Assembly: GCA_016937175.1 (NCBI GenBank)
Contig: JAFGWL010000013.1
Location: 18,821 to 82,820, forward strand
DNA from: Candidatus Mcinerneyibacteriota bacterium
GTDB lineage: Bacteria; Macinerneyibacteriota; Macinerneyibacteria; Macinerneyibacteriales; DSCS01
DNA: 64,000 nucleotides
Direction: 5' to 3'
Shown here in pieces: positions 47,447 to 57,791 of this stretch. The translations under genes and the position numbers were made by a program. The notes under the pieces are model-generated. The model was not told the DNA's origin, did no database searches, and worked only from the letters and a program-made list of their open reading frames with translations. Each line of letters starts with the position of its first letter. The stretch's first letter is position 1.

Positions 47447-48668
47447 AGGGCCTCACAGCATAAAGATGATGGCTGTCGGCCCCGAAGATGAGATATTTGC
47501 TGCCCATAGCCGGCGTTGTACGGTCGATATGGTGTTTGATGGCAAACTTATACCGGCGTTCAAATGTGGCTGTATCATATCCGTAAAGAGCATAATCGTA
47601 GGAGCCGAAATAGAGGATCCCTTCGTGGAGAAGAAAACCTCCGTTGACAGCGCCCCCTTTCCGGAATTTCAGGTCGAAATCCATCCAGCGGTGATCGGTG
47701 TTAAGCTCGCCTTTTTTCTCTCCGGTGATACGGTCAAATAGGGCCACGCCCGTCTCAGTCCCGGCGGCGATGGTATCTCCGAAAAAAACAGGCCTGGCAG
47801 GAGTCAACCCCGCCTCATAGACCCGGAGCTCGTCCTCCCAGGCGGCGATGTCAAAAAGATGGAGATAATCCCCCCGGGTGGCAAAGAGCGCTGTGCTGCC
47901 TTCTACAAAGAGAGGCGATGTAATGGGAGCGTTTTTCTTTTCGATCCCGTCATAATCGATGTATTTATCATCAGATTCCCAGCTTTTGAAAAGAGCGCCC
48001 CTCTCATCAAGGAGGAAAAGTGTATTCCCTGAAGCTCCGAAAAAGCCGTGGGGTGTCAGAAATAGGCTGTCCCGAAACCCCCCGGAGAAATGCTTTTCAA
48101 ACAGGACTTTTTTATCCTCCCGGCTCCAGCAGACCAGGCGCCCGTTTTCATTCCCGGCAGCGATAAACCGGTCTGTAACCAGGGGAGCCGCGGTAACCCA
48201 TCCTCCCGTATCCTCGCTCCAGAGGATCTCTCCGTTAGAAGCGTCGATCTCGTAGACCCGGCCTGTATCAGACCCCACAAAGACGGATCCGCCGTGATAG
48301 ACCGGTGATGAGAGGTTCTGGTCTGACTCTCCCAGGGGCTCTGTTTCCCAGCGCACCTCTCCGTTGTCCTCTTCCAGGGCCACAAGGACCGCCTTAAATC
48401 GTTTCTGCTCCAGCTCCAGAGCGATACCCGGTTTGATCCTCTGCACCCTGGGGATCACATAGCGCCCTTCGGCTGTCTCATCCTTGGTGATAAGGACTTT
48501 CCATGTGATCACAAGACCGTGTTCCGGAAGGGTCAGGGGGACGGTCTGGACCTTCAGCGTCTCCCCCAGGTCATAGCGCCAGACTTCTTCTGAGCGTCCG
48601 CAGCCCGATAAAACGATAAACGAAAGAAAAGGGATAAAAAAGAGGAAGGACCTTCTACTTATCATCAT
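47436..48668 (-). CDS. PQQ-type beta-propeller lipoprotein (BamB-like repeats)
   Basis: Lipobox VLSGC; repeats such as [27 protein letters not shown]. Confidence 0.8.
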   Translation of the reverse strand: MMISRRSFLFFIPFLSFIVLSGCGRSEEVWRYDLGETLKVQTVPLTLPEHGLVITWKVLITKDETAEGRYVIPRVQRIKPGIALELEQKRFKAVLVALEEDNGEVRWETEPLGESDQNLSSPVYHGGSVFVGSDTGRVYEIDASNGEILWSEDTGGWVTAAPLVTDRFIAAGNENGRLVCWSREDKKVLFEKHFSGGFRDSLFLTPHGFFGASGNTLFLLDERGALFKSWESDDKYIDYDGIEKKNAPITSPLFVEGSTALFATRGDYLHLFDIAAWEDELRVYEAGLTPARPVFFGDTIAAGTETGVALFDRITGEKKGELNTDHRWMDFDLKFRKGGAVNGGFLLHEGILYFGSYDYALYGYDTATFERRYKFAIKHHIDRTTPAMGSKYLIFGADSHHLYAVRPYEP

Positions 48669-50442
48669 CCACCTGCAGAACAGAGAGGAAGGCTTCCTGG
48701 GGGATCTCCACCTTTCCCACCCGTTTCATGCGTCTTTTCCCCTCTTTCTGTTTTTCAAGGAGTTTCTTCTTCCGTGTGATGTCGCCGCCGTAGCATTTGG
48801 CTGTGACGTTTTTGCGCAGGGGCTTGACCGAGGAGCGGGTAAGGATCTTGGAGCCCAGGGCTGCCTGGATGACCACTTCAAAAAGCTGTCTGGGAATATT
48901 CTCCTTGAGTTTTCGCACCACTCCCATCCCCCTGTGATAGGCCTGCTCCTTATGGACGATCACGGTAAGAGCGTCCACGGGTTCTCCGTTGATGAGGATA
49001 GAGAGTTTAGCCAGCTCCCCTCTCCTGTGCCCACAATATTGATAATCGAAGGAGGCGTAACCCGAAGTCAGGGATTTCAGGCGGTCGAAGAATTCAAAAA
49101 TGATCTCGCTCAGGGGCATGTCGTATTTGAGCATGACCCGTTCTTCAGTGAGATAGGTCATCCCCTTATGGATCCCGCGCTTGTCGATACAGAGCTTCAT
49201 CACCGCTCCTATATATTCCGAAGGAAGCAGGATCTCCACATTGACATAGGGCTCTTCAAGATATTCCAGTTTTGTCTCATCCACCTGGGACGGGTTGTGG
49301 ATCTCAGCCACAGAGCCGTCTTTCATAAAGGCCTTGTAGACTACGCTTGGCGTCGTGATAACCAGATCCATATTGAATTCCCTCTCAAGACGCTCCTGGG
49401 TCACCTCCATGTGAAGAAGGCCCAGAAACCCCACACGAAACCCGAATCCCAGCGCCTGGGAAGTCTCGGGTTCAAACATAAGGGCGGCATCATTGAGTTG
49501 GAGTTTATCCAGGGCTTCACGAAGCTCGGGATATTTGTCGTTGTCGGCGGGATACATCCCGCAGTAGACCATGGGAAGGATCTCCCGGTATCCGGGCAAG
49601 GACTTCTCCGTGGGCCGGGCTGCCAGGGTGATGGTGTCTCCCACTTTGGCGTCGCTGATGGTCTTTATCCCGGCGATTATATATCCTACATCTCCGGCTT
49701 CCAGTTCGGAGACATTCTTCATCACAGGCTGGAAGATCCCTGTCTCCAGGACATCGTGGACCGCTCCTGTGCTCATCAGCTTGATCTTGTCTCCTTTACG
49801 TACAGACCCGTCGAAGATACGTACGTAGAGGATGACTCCTTTGTAGGAGTCGTAATGGGAGTCGAATATAAGGGCCTTGAGAGGCTTTTCTGAATCTCCC
49901 GTGGGAGCCGGGATCCGCTCGATGATGGCATCCAAAACAGCCTCTATCCCGATCCCTTCCTTGGCGCTGGCAGGGATAACGGCATCGGGGTCGAAGCCGA
50001 TCTGGCCCACAAGCTCCTCTGTGGTCTTGTCAACATCGGCTCCGGGAAGGTCTATCTTGTTCAGAACCGGGATGAGGACCAGGTCGTGGTCCACAGCCAG
50101 GTAGGCATTGGCAAGGGTCTGGGCCTGGATCCCCTGGGAAGCATCCACCACAAGAAGAGCTCCCTCGCAGGCCGTAAGGGCCCGGGATACCTCATAGGAG
50201 AAATCCACATGCCCGGGCGTATCGATGAGATGAAGGCGGTAGCCTTTGTATATGATGCGTACAGCCTGGGATTTGATTGTGATCCCCCGTTCGCGTTCGA
50301 TATCCATGGAATCAAGATACTGCTCCTTCATGTCCCGTTTGGAGACAGTCTGGGTAAACTCAAGCATCCGGTCTGCAAGTGTCGACTTGCCGTGGTCGAT
50401 ATGGGCTATAATGGAAAAATTCCTTATTTTGTCAATACTCAT
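48655..50442 (-). CDS. lepA: elongation factor 4
   Basis: [49 protein letters not shown]. Confidence 0.98.
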   Translation of the reverse strand: MSIDKIRNFSIIAHIDHGKSTLADRMLEFTQTVSKRDMKEQYLDSMDIERERGITIKSQAVRIIYKGYRLHLIDTPGHVDFSYEVSRALTACEGALLVVDASQGIQAQTLANAYLAVDHDLVLIPVLNKIDLPGADVDKTTEELVGQIGFDPDAVIPASAKEGIGIEAVLDAIIERIPAPTGDSEKPLKALIFDSHYDSYKGVILYVRIFDGSVRKGDKIKLMSTGAVHDVLETGIFQPVMKNVSELEAGDVGYIIAGIKTISDAKVGDTITLAARPTEKSLPGYREILPMVYCGMYPADNDKYPELREALDKLQLNDAALMFEPETSQALGFGFRVGFLGLLHMEVTQERLEREFNMDLVITTPSVVYKAFMKDGSVAEIHNPSQVDETKLEYLEEPYVNVEILLPSEYIGAVMKLCIDKRGIHKGMTYLTEERVMLKYDMPLSEIIFEFFDRLKSLTSGYASFDYQYCGHRRGELAKLSILINGEPVDALTVIVHKEQAYHRGMGVVRKLKENIPRQLFEVVIQAALGSKILTRSSVKPLRKNVTAKCYGGDITRKKKLLEKQKEGKRRMKRVGKVEIPQEAFLSVLQVDDDK

Positions 50443-50450
50443 CTTTCACC

Positions 50451-51233
50451 TCAAAATCTGTAGCTCAGGGAGAAGATATTAGCCATTAACTCCCCGTCAT
50501 CTATCTGTGTTGCATATTCCAGTATAAAGATCCCGGCCCGGAGGACCATCCCTCCGGTCCAATGCTCCTCATTAAATCCGCTCACCAGGGAAAAGGCTTC
50601 GCTGACAGCCCATTCGGCTCCTCCGTGGAGAGTCTTCTCGCCCTGCGTTGACTCCCAGCGGGCAGTCAGGGTCAGAAAACGCCAGGAAGTCCCCCCGTAG
50701 AGGTTGATACGGCTCTCGTTTCCCATGGTTTCGAAAGAGCCCCCGGCCATGAAGGCATCCCCTTTCCAGCCGGCGGCCAGAGCCGGGATGAAGAAGGTCT
50801 TCTTCTCAGGGCCGTTTTCCCGGAAAAGGAAACGGAAAGAGCCTGTCAGGCGAAAAGGTCCTTTCAGCTTTCTGTATCCCAGGCTGAAAGCTGTATCCCG
50901 GGAGCGGTAATCCCTTGTGATCTCCCCCCATTCATCCCGTCCTTCGATCTCCCCCCAGTTATAGTGGATGAGATCGGCAAAGTACTCCCTCCAGGCAGCC
51001 GAGATATAGTGGACCCTTATATCAGCCGGGAGGAAAGAGGTGGAGAAGTAGGCATGGTTCCCGTCCGCCCAGAAAGGGTTCCCTGTATAGGCCCGGCCTT
51101 CCGGGTCGAAGGAATTTCCCGCCCCCAGGGCCCGGACCGAATAGGGAAAAGAGAGAACGGAAATATCACTCTTTTCAGCTCTTAAAGGGTTCCAAAAAGC
51201 AAAAAAGAGAATCAAGATCAGAAGCTTTTTCAT
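50451..51233 (-). CDS. outer-membrane beta-barrel, PorV/PorQ-like
   Basis: Signal peptide, SVRALGAG plug-like motif, alternating beta strands, C-terminal SLSYRF. Confidence 0.6.
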   Translation of the reverse strand: MKKLLILILFFAFWNPLRAEKSDISVLSFPYSVRALGAGNSFDPEGRAYTGNPFWADGNHAYFSTSFLPADIRVHYISAAWREYFADLIHYNWGEIEGRDEWGEITRDYRSRDTAFSLGYRKLKGPFRLTGSFRFLFRENGPEKKTFFIPALAAGWKGDAFMAGGSFETMGNESRINLYGGTSWRFLTLTARWESTQGEKTLHGGAEWAVSEAFSLVSGFNEEHWTGGMVLRAGIFILEYATQIDDGELMANIFSLSYRF

Positions 51234-51240
51234 TTGTGTG

Positions 51241-51269
51241 AGAATAGTGAAAATTCATGTCACCGTCAA
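51241..51269 (-). promoter_or_regulatory. sigma70 promoter, 7 nt before ATG (possible leaderless mRNA)
   Basis: TTGACG-N17-TATTCT-CACACAA-ATG, no SD. Confidence 0.6.
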
Positions 51270-51315
51270 CCCCTTTCTCCACAGGCGAAAGGGAGGGGCG
51301 AGCCATAAAAGAAAC

Positions 51316-52293
51316 CTATTCCCAGAGATACCGGGTCAGTTTCCGGATGACGATATAAGGGTCTTCTCCTCGTTTAAAGGCGATATCCGCATCTGAAAAC
51401 GAGGTCAGTGTCTTTTTCAGCGCCACTTCGGAATGGCGCAGCGCTGTTGCTTTATAATCCTTGAGCTGCATAAGATAGGGATGCATTCCGATCCGGGCGG
51501 CCAGGGCCTTTCCTGATTCGTTTCTGTAGGCGTGGACCAGAAGCATTTTTTTCACTTCATTAAAAAGGAGTGTCAGGACGGCCAGAAGGTCTCCTGTGTC
51601 CATCTTCCGGATCAAAGGGAGAAGAGACGTAAAAAAGTCTCTCTTTTTCTTTTCCCGGAGCCTGTCGAGACAATCGAAGACCGTCCATTTTGCGAAGGTC
51701 CCTGAAAAGTGATCCAGATCCTCACGGGTAACCTTTTTTTTGTCTCCCAGAAAAAGGATAAGTTTATCGGCTTCCTGGAGGAGGATGACGATGGAGTTCT
51801 CGTTGATCTCCAGAAAACACTGAAGAGCTTCGGGGGACAGGGATATGCCGCGCGCCCTGAAGCGCTCCCGTACGATATCGGCAATCTGCTTTTCATAGAG
51901 GCGCGGCCCCTTGATGACCTGTTCCCCTTTGAGTGCGCTGAAAGGCTTTTTTTTGGTGGCTGTTTCGTTTTCCGTGTAGAAAATAACAGTCTTCCCGGCT
52001 GAGGCACTCTGGCGAAGAGGCTCCTCCAGTAAAGTATTCCCTGTAAATTTTTCGGACCTTTTGATGAAATAGACCTTATTTTCTGAAAACATATCCCGTG
52101 AGGAGAGTTCATCGCTCAAAAAGTCCGGGGGCGTATCGTCGCCCGAGAGAAGTTCAACGGCTTCTTCGCTTTCTCGGGACGAGAGGGCTTCCCTCAGAGC
52201 CGCTTCATAGTAGGGAGAAGCGGAAACGATCAGATAGGCCCCGGGCGGGAGCGTCCCCTTTTCCAGACGGCCTAAAAGCTCCTGAAAGGTCAT
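51316..52293 (-). CDS. holA: DNA polymerase III delta subunit
   Basis: Follows lptE (conserved order); DMFSENKV, QEADKL, MHPY, DIAFKRG. Confidence 0.82.
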   Translation of the reverse strand: MTFQELLGRLEKGTLPPGAYLIVSASPYYEAALREALSSRESEEAVELLSGDDTPPDFLSDELSSRDMFSENKVYFIKRSEKFTGNTLLEEPLRQSASAGKTVIFYTENETATKKKPFSALKGEQVIKGPRLYEKQIADIVRERFRARGISLSPEALQCFLEINENSIVILLQEADKLILFLGDKKKVTREDLDHFSGTFAKWTVFDCLDRLREKKKRDFFTSLLPLIRKMDTGDLLAVLTLLFNEVKKMLLVHAYRNESGKALAARIGMHPYLMQLKDYKATALRHSEVALKKTLTSFSDADIAFKRGEDPYIVIRKLTRYLWE

Positions 52294-52294
52294 A

Positions 52295-52777
52295 TCAGAA
52301 CCCTTCCATGACCGTATCTCTCAGGTCTGAAGCCAGGGCTTTGGCTGTTCTCTCCACAAGCACAGAGTCACTTACACTGATATCATACTCGTAAAAGGCT
52401 TCATAATTATAATCATCGTCTGATTCCACAACCTTCTCTCCCTGGGAGAAGGTGTATCCCAGGCGGATAGTGATCTTGACTGACGTCGGGTTTCCGGCGC
52501 TGTCGATGGACCCGGTCTCCTTGCGGTACTCCTTCACCTTCACATCGAGGATGCTGTCGGCGTCCCCTTCGCTTTCCGGGGACAGATTCCCGTCATTGAT
52601 AAACGAATCATTCAGATAGCGGTAGAGAAGGTCCCCCAACTCGTATTTAATGGTCTTGTTCTCCACAGGGCGTATATGGAGGGTCCTGACTCCTTCCAGC
52701 CTTGTATTACGAAATGTATAGGTACAGGCGGCAAGAAAGGCCAGGATAAGGAAAAGAAAGGTCTTTAGAAGTCTCAT
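52295..52777 (-). CDS. lptE: LPS assembly lipoprotein LptE-like
   Basis: Lipobox LAACTYTFR, VENKT, ADSILDV; upstream of holA. Confidence 0.78.
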   Translation of the reverse strand: MRLLKTFLFLILAFLAACTYTFRNTRLEGVRTLHIRPVENKTIKYELGDLLYRYLNDSFINDGNLSPESEGDADSILDVKVKEYRKETGSIDSAGNPTSVKITIRLGYTFSQGEKVVESDDDYNYEAFYEYDISVSDSVLVERTAKALASDLRDTVMEGF

Positions 52778-54372
52778 TCCAGCTCCTTTTTGGTGAAATC
52801 GGTGTAGCGGTCCTGAAAAGCCTTGCTTTTTTCAGGATAGTCTATCATATAGTGGATCCCCCTCGATTCTTTGCGCCATTGGGCCGAACGCACAGTGATC
52901 AGGGCGTTGATGATAATATTGCGCATCTCGATGAGATTCACCGAGAGAGGGTTGGCGTAATAAAACTCCCGGATCTCGTCCCGGATAAGATGGATTCTTT
53001 TCAGAGCCGCCTCCAGGCGCTTGTCCGATCGCACGATCCCCACAAAATTCCACATGGTCCGCCGGAGTTCATCCCAGTTATGGTTGATGAAGACATTTTC
53101 GTGTTTGGGGGTGGTGGGAGATTCCCAGGGGTCCAGTTCAGGCACAGGGTCCCCCTTTTCTCCGCGGTGTATGCTTTCGGCGGCCATTAAGGCCATGGCG
53201 CCCCCTTCCAGAAGAGAATTGCTGGCCAGCCGGTTTGCCCCGTGAAATCCTGTGCAGGCTGTCTCCCCCAGGGCATAGAGGTTCTCTATATCGGTCTGCC
53301 CGTCTATATCAGCTTTGATCCCGCCGCAGGTGTAGTGAGCTGCCGGGACCACGGGGATCATCTCTTTGGTGATATCGATGTTGTACTCCAGACATTTACT
53401 GTAGATATTGGGGAAACGGCCGGTGATAAACTCTTTGGGCTTCATGGATATATCCAGATAGAGGTGGTCAGCCCCGGACCGTTTCATCTCGGTATCCATG
53501 GCCCTGGCTACGACATCCCGGGGCGCCAGGGATTTCAGGTGATGATACCGGTGCATAAAGGGCTCACCGTTCTCATCCTTGAGGATCCCCCCCTCTCCCC
53601 GGACCGCTTCTGAGATAAGGAAATTCTTGGCGTAAGGGTGATAGAGCGTCGTGGGATGAAACTGCATAAACTCCATATTCCGGATAACAGCCCCGGCCCG
53701 GTAGGCCATGGCTATCCCGTCTCCCGTTGCTGTATCGGGGTTGGAGGTGTAGAGATAGATCTTGCCGGCGCCGCCTGTAGCCAGAAAAGTCTTCCGGGCC
53801 CCCACAGCCAGGACTTCATTATTCTGTTTATTGTAGACATAGGCGCCCCAACACCTTTTTCTCTCTGATTTTACCGACTTCATCTTATATTCCATGATCA
53901 GGTCGATGGCAAAATGGTAGGGCATGAAGATGATGTTAGGATGCTGGCGCACTTTTTTCAGAAGTTTACTCTGGATCTCCCGCCCTGTGATATCTTTATA
54001 AAAGAGGATCCGGTTCTCTGAATGGGCCCCTTCCCGGGAAAGCCGGTATTCTGAACCCGATTTCTCAAAGAGGACACCGTGCCGTGTCAGGGCTTCGATG
54101 ACAGGCGCTCCGCAGCCGACCATACGGCTCACCACATCCTGATCGCAGAGACCGTCTCCGGCCACGAGGGTGTCCCGGATATGCTTGTCGGCACTGTCCT
54201 GCGTTCCCGGAAGGACTGCAGCGATCCCGCCCTGGGCGTAATAGGTATTGTTCCCCTCTTCGGGGCCCTCTTTACACAACAGGATCACCTGCCCCTTTGA
54301 AGCGATCTCCAGGGCCAGAAGAGATCCGGCGATGCCGTTTCCGATGATAAGATAATCGGTTTTAAAAATCAT
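52774..54372 (-). CDS. nadB: L-aspartate oxidase
   Basis: IIGNGIAG, YYAQGGIA, REGAHS, QFHPT, SEAVRGEG, LAPRDVVAR, HGANRLASNSLLE. Confidence 0.95.
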   Translation of the reverse strand: MIFKTDYLIIGNGIAGSLLALEIASKGQVILLCKEGPEEGNNTYYAQGGIAAVLPGTQDSADKHIRDTLVAGDGLCDQDVVSRMVGCGAPVIEALTRHGVLFEKSGSEYRLSREGAHSENRILFYKDITGREIQSKLLKKVRQHPNIIFMPYHFAIDLIMEYKMKSVKSERKRCWGAYVYNKQNNEVLAVGARKTFLATGGAGKIYLYTSNPDTATGDGIAMAYRAGAVIRNMEFMQFHPTTLYHPYAKNFLISEAVRGEGGILKDENGEPFMHRYHHLKSLAPRDVVARAMDTEMKRSGADHLYLDISMKPKEFITGRFPNIYSKCLEYNIDITKEMIPVVPAAHYTCGGIKADIDGQTDIENLYALGETACTGFHGANRLASNSLLEGGAMALMAAESIHRGEKGDPVPELDPWESPTTPKHENVFINHNWDELRRTMWNFVGIVRSDKRLEAALKRIHLIRDEIREFYYANPLSVNLIEMRNIIINALITVRSAQWRKESRGIHYMIDYPEKSKAFQDRYTDFTKKELE

Positions 54373-54413
54373 ATTCCACCTTACCGAAAAGTTTAGTCGT
54401 CACCTGAAAAAAG

Positions 54414-55709
54414 TCAACGGCCAATCTCGTCCCCCTCTTGTAAAGACAGCTTCATCTCCTCTTTGACGCGTCCGGCCGCTTCCGGGACAGAAAGCGATTC
54501 TGTCGCTAAAATAAGGTCTGATAGGGAGAAATAGGAACTCAGCCGCGCTTCATAGAGCCGGAAGATCTCTTCCTTGTCTTTCCCGCTTAACAGAGGTCGG
54601 TCAGAAGCCCGCTTGAGGGCAGTTTCCGGTGTCGTCCACAGAAAGAGGACAAGGGCTTCCGGAGGGATCCTTTCCCTGTTTACCGGATCCAGCCAGAGTC
54701 CGCCCCCCGAATCAATGACATCATAGGAAAAGAGCTCGCCCCGTTTGACGATATCGCTTTCCAGGGCGCGGAATCCCTTTTCCCCCAAGGTAGAAAAAGC
54801 TTCGTGGCGGTCGAGAGCCGTTCTCTTCTCAATCTCATCGTCTGTGGAAAAATGAGTCATCCCCTCTTTTTGCAGCTCCCGGGCCAGTGCTGTCTTTCCT
54901 GTTCCCATAAATCCAGTGAGTATCAGAGGTTTACCTTTTTTCAGAGAACGCAGCCCCTCTTTCCCGGGATCACCGGTTAAAGGCCCTGAGTGGGTCATCA
55001 GGACGAAAGAAGCCCTTCCCTGCTCTATGAGCCATTCTTCTCCGCGGAAGGTTTTTAAGCCCCTTTTGAGGCCTCTGAGAGCGGTTTCAGAGCCGGGATA
55101 GGCTGCATCGATTATTATTCCGTTAAATTCCGGATGAAGTGCCAGAGGATCCGCCTGACGAGGGAGAGCGCAGATAAGCAGTCGGAAGCTTTCCCAGGAG
55201 GATTCCCATCTTATCAGGGGTATTTTGAACAAATCAGCAGTCTTTTCCCCTCGCGAAGTACTTCTATTGGCCAGAAAGACGTCCATCCCCTCGTGAAGGG
55301 CCGCAAGGACCGCCGCTTTCCCCGCCCCGCCGGCTCCGGCGATGAGCACACGGCATCCTTTGGGGATTCCGCTCTTTCGGATGAAAGCCCGCACAGCTGC
55401 ATAATCAGTGTTGCAGGCTTTCCAGAGCCCCTCTTCCCTTATAAGCAGGTTGGCTGCACCGACGTTTCGTGCAGCCTCGTCGCTTTTGTCAGCCAATTTC
55501 AGGGCCGTTTCCTTGAGAGGGCTTGTGATATTGAGCCCTTTTAAGGGGAAATGAGTAAGGATCATGCGCAGTTCTTCTTCTGTCGCTGCTAAAAAACGCC
55601 CGTAACGGCCCTTTTCTCCAGAAAAGAGAGAAAAGAGTTCAGGGCTTTTGGAATGAAGGACAGGAAAACCCGCCACACCGTACAACCCGTTCATCTTAAA
55701 AATCTCCAT
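54414..55709 (-). CDS. shikimate dehydrogenase-shikimate kinase fusion
   Basis: GFPVLHSKSP, NITSPLKE, NTD, AGAGGAG; then LTGFMGTGKT, GEKGFRALE, SGGG, RPLL. Confidence 0.88.
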   Translation of the reverse strand: MEIFKMNGLYGVAGFPVLHSKSPELFSLFSGEKGRYGRFLAATEEELRMILTHFPLKGLNITSPLKETALKLADKSDEAARNVGAANLLIREEGLWKACNTDYAAVRAFIRKSGIPKGCRVLIAGAGGAGKAAVLAALHEGMDVFLANRSTSRGEKTADLFKIPLIRWESSWESFRLLICALPRQADPLALHPEFNGIIIDAAYPGSETALRGLKRGLKTFRGEEWLIEQGRASFVLMTHSGPLTGDPGKEGLRSLKKGKPLILTGFMGTGKTALARELQKEGMTHFSTDDEIEKRTALDRHEAFSTLGEKGFRALESDIVKRGELFSYDVIDSGGGLWLDPVNRERIPPEALVLFLWTTPETALKRASDRPLLSGKDKEEIFRLYEARLSSYFSLSDLILATESLSVPEAAGRVKEEMKLSLQEGDEIGR

Positions 55710-55752
55710 AACTCAGTGTAGCACAGATCGGAAGTTTTTCATCAGGGGATAT

Positions 55753-55781
55753 AAAAAAAAGGGGCCGCTTCATGCGGCCCC
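55753..55781 (-). terminator. intrinsic terminator after TPR-SLH gene
   Basis: GGGGCCGC-5nt-GCGGCCCC then T8 on minus strand. Confidence 0.88.
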
Positions 55782-55790
55782 TGAAGGGAC

Positions 55791-56885
55791 TTATTTGAGG
55801 ATCGTCTTGAGCTTTTTAATGGCCATGATGGCTTTTCGCCCCGGAACTTTTTCATCGATTCCGAAGGTCCCTGTGATATTGGTCTCCAGGATACCGCGGC
55901 TGGTGCAGATCATGACAGCGTTGAAAGCGAAGTGGCTCCCGGGAACATCTGAAAAGGGTGACGGTGTCCCGATGAACTGAGTGGCCATCTTGGGATCATT
56001 GGCGATCTTCATGATGATACGGGAGATGAAGACAGCGTAGTCGGCTTTGGTGATGGCTCTTTCCGGATGGTACATCCCGTCGGGATAAAGGTCGATGATG
56101 CCCCCTTCCACGACTTTGGAAATAAAGGAGTAGGCCCAGTGATCGGTGCTTACATCGGGAAGAGAAAACTCCTCTTCAGGGACATTCCCCGCTCCATACT
56201 CCTGGAAACCCTGTTTTTCCTCCTCTTTGAAGAGGTCTTCCACGTCGATCTCATCCACGAAGAGAGCAGCAGCATCCGCCCTTGTGATGGCGGGGCTCAT
56301 GGCGATACGCCGGGCAGCTTTTCCCATACCGGCCACAGCCATCTGCATCTCGTTCAGTTCGTTGAGATACTTCATGGTCTGGGGATCATTGGCTTTGATG
56401 TTCAGGGCGTTGGTATACCAGTTGCGGGCTTCTTCATATTCTCCCAGGCGGTACTGAGCATAGCCCACCATACGTGTGGTGACTTCTGAATTCTCATTGA
56501 GCTTGTAGGCTTTCATAAAGGCTTTCAGGGCGTCTTTGGGCTCGTTCATGGCCAGGGAGACTTTCCCCATGACGATGTAGCCGGGCCAGTACTTGGAGTC
56601 TTTGGAGACGCACTCTTCAGCCATTTTAAGGGCGGGTTTGTACTTCTCTTCCCCGAGGTAGGCGTAAGCCATCCCCTCATAGGCCGGGGCATATTTGGGA
56701 TCCAGGCTCTTGGCCAGGTTGAACTCGTTGAAGGCTTTTTCCCATTCACCGGCATCGATATACTTCATCCCCTCTTTATAATGGGATTCAGGTGTATCCA
56801 TGATGCTTTCCTGTTTCCTCTCGGGGCCGCATCCGGCCACAAGGATCACAGCAAGCAGAATAATGACAGCATAAAAACGTTTCAT
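55791..56885 (-). CDS. TPR + S-layer homology (SLH) lipoprotein
   Basis: Lipobox LVAGC; about 4 TPRs; SLH repeats ITRADAA, PDVSTDHWA...GII...PDGMYHPERAITKAD, FSDVPGSHFA. Confidence 0.85.
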   Translation of the reverse strand: MKRFYAVIILLAVILVAGCGPERKQESIMDTPESHYKEGMKYIDAGEWEKAFNEFNLAKSLDPKYAPAYEGMAYAYLGEEKYKPALKMAEECVSKDSKYWPGYIVMGKVSLAMNEPKDALKAFMKAYKLNENSEVTTRMVGYAQYRLGEYEEARNWYTNALNIKANDPQTMKYLNELNEMQMAVAGMGKAARRIAMSPAITRADAAALFVDEIDVEDLFKEEEKQGFQEYGAGNVPEEEFSLPDVSTDHWAYSFISKVVEGGIIDLYPDGMYHPERAITKADYAVFISRIIMKIANDPKMATQFIGTPSPFSDVPGSHFAFNAVMICTSRGILETNITGTFGIDEKVPGRKAIMAIKKLKTILK

Positions 56886-56903
56886 GTCGATCCCCCGTCC
56901 TTC

Positions 56904-57725
56904 CTATTGCAGCAAAAGAATGACTTTGCAGCGTTTTATCTGGTCCAGCAGATTGGCATCATTTGTGATCTTGGCGGCATCAGCACCGGAGATGTAAAGA
57001 TCCATGCTGTTGTCGGCCACACCTGTTGCTTTGACCACCAGGGGATTCCCTTTGACACGCTCATCGGCTTTGGCCATATCCAGATTCTTGGCATAACCCA
57101 CGACGCCCATCTTCACCGCATAATCGGGATCCACATAAGAAGCGTCGTAGATCGTGGTGTTATCCTCTGTGTAGACACGGGGAGACATACAGGGAAGCAG
57201 CGTATAGTCCCGGGCATCGATGATGATCCCCGTATAAGCTGCATCGGCAGATGATGTCACACCTTCCCCGACCTTGGGAACATCTTTAGGCGTATCGTAA
57301 AGGGGAAGCATGAGTTTCGCCAGGTCGCCGGTTATGGCGATGCTCAGGACGACTTCTATAGTCCCGTCTGACATGTATTTGATCTTCTCTTCTTTGTATC
57401 CTCTCAGGATACCTTCCACTTTGGATTTGATGACATCATCCTTGAGCATAAAGTTCTCCACCGTGGTCTCGGATGTCACGTGGACACCCTGCATGACTTC
57501 CAGTAGATTCCTCTGTGCATCCTGCAAAGCGGCTCTTTTCGCAGCAGGCCTCTGGGCTGCTGCAGGGAGATTGGGGTTGGGGGCTCCGATGCCCACTGCT
57601 CTGATGACAAGCTCCGTCCAATCTATTTCGCCCTTGTCCAACTGTTGAATCATGTTGTCTTCCTGGGCTGAAAGCAACGTAATGCCGCACAGGAGCACGA
57701 GCATTATGATCAATCCTTTTTTCAT
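56904..57725 (-). CDS. exported LPP20-like protein
   Basis: Signal peptide; AKRAALQDAQRNLLE...GV.VTSETTV; TGIIIDAR, PCMSPRV. Confidence 0.6.
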   Translation of the reverse strand: MKKGLIIMLVLLCGITLLSAQEDNMIQQLDKGEIDWTELVIRAVGIGAPNPNLPAAAQRPAAKRAALQDAQRNLLEVMQGVHVTSETTVENFMLKDDVIKSKVEGILRGYKEEKIKYMSDGTIEVVLSIAITGDLAKLMLPLYDTPKDVPKVGEGVTSSADAAYTGIIIDARDYTLLPCMSPRVYTEDNTTIYDASYVDPDYAVKMGVVGYAKNLDMAKADERVKGNPLVVKATGVADNSMDLYISGADAAKITNDANLLDQIKRCKVILLLQ

Positions 57726-57791
57726 ATCGACCTCCTTGGTTCCACCAATTTTTACAAGTATAGCAACACTCCTTTTTTTATCAAGGGGACA

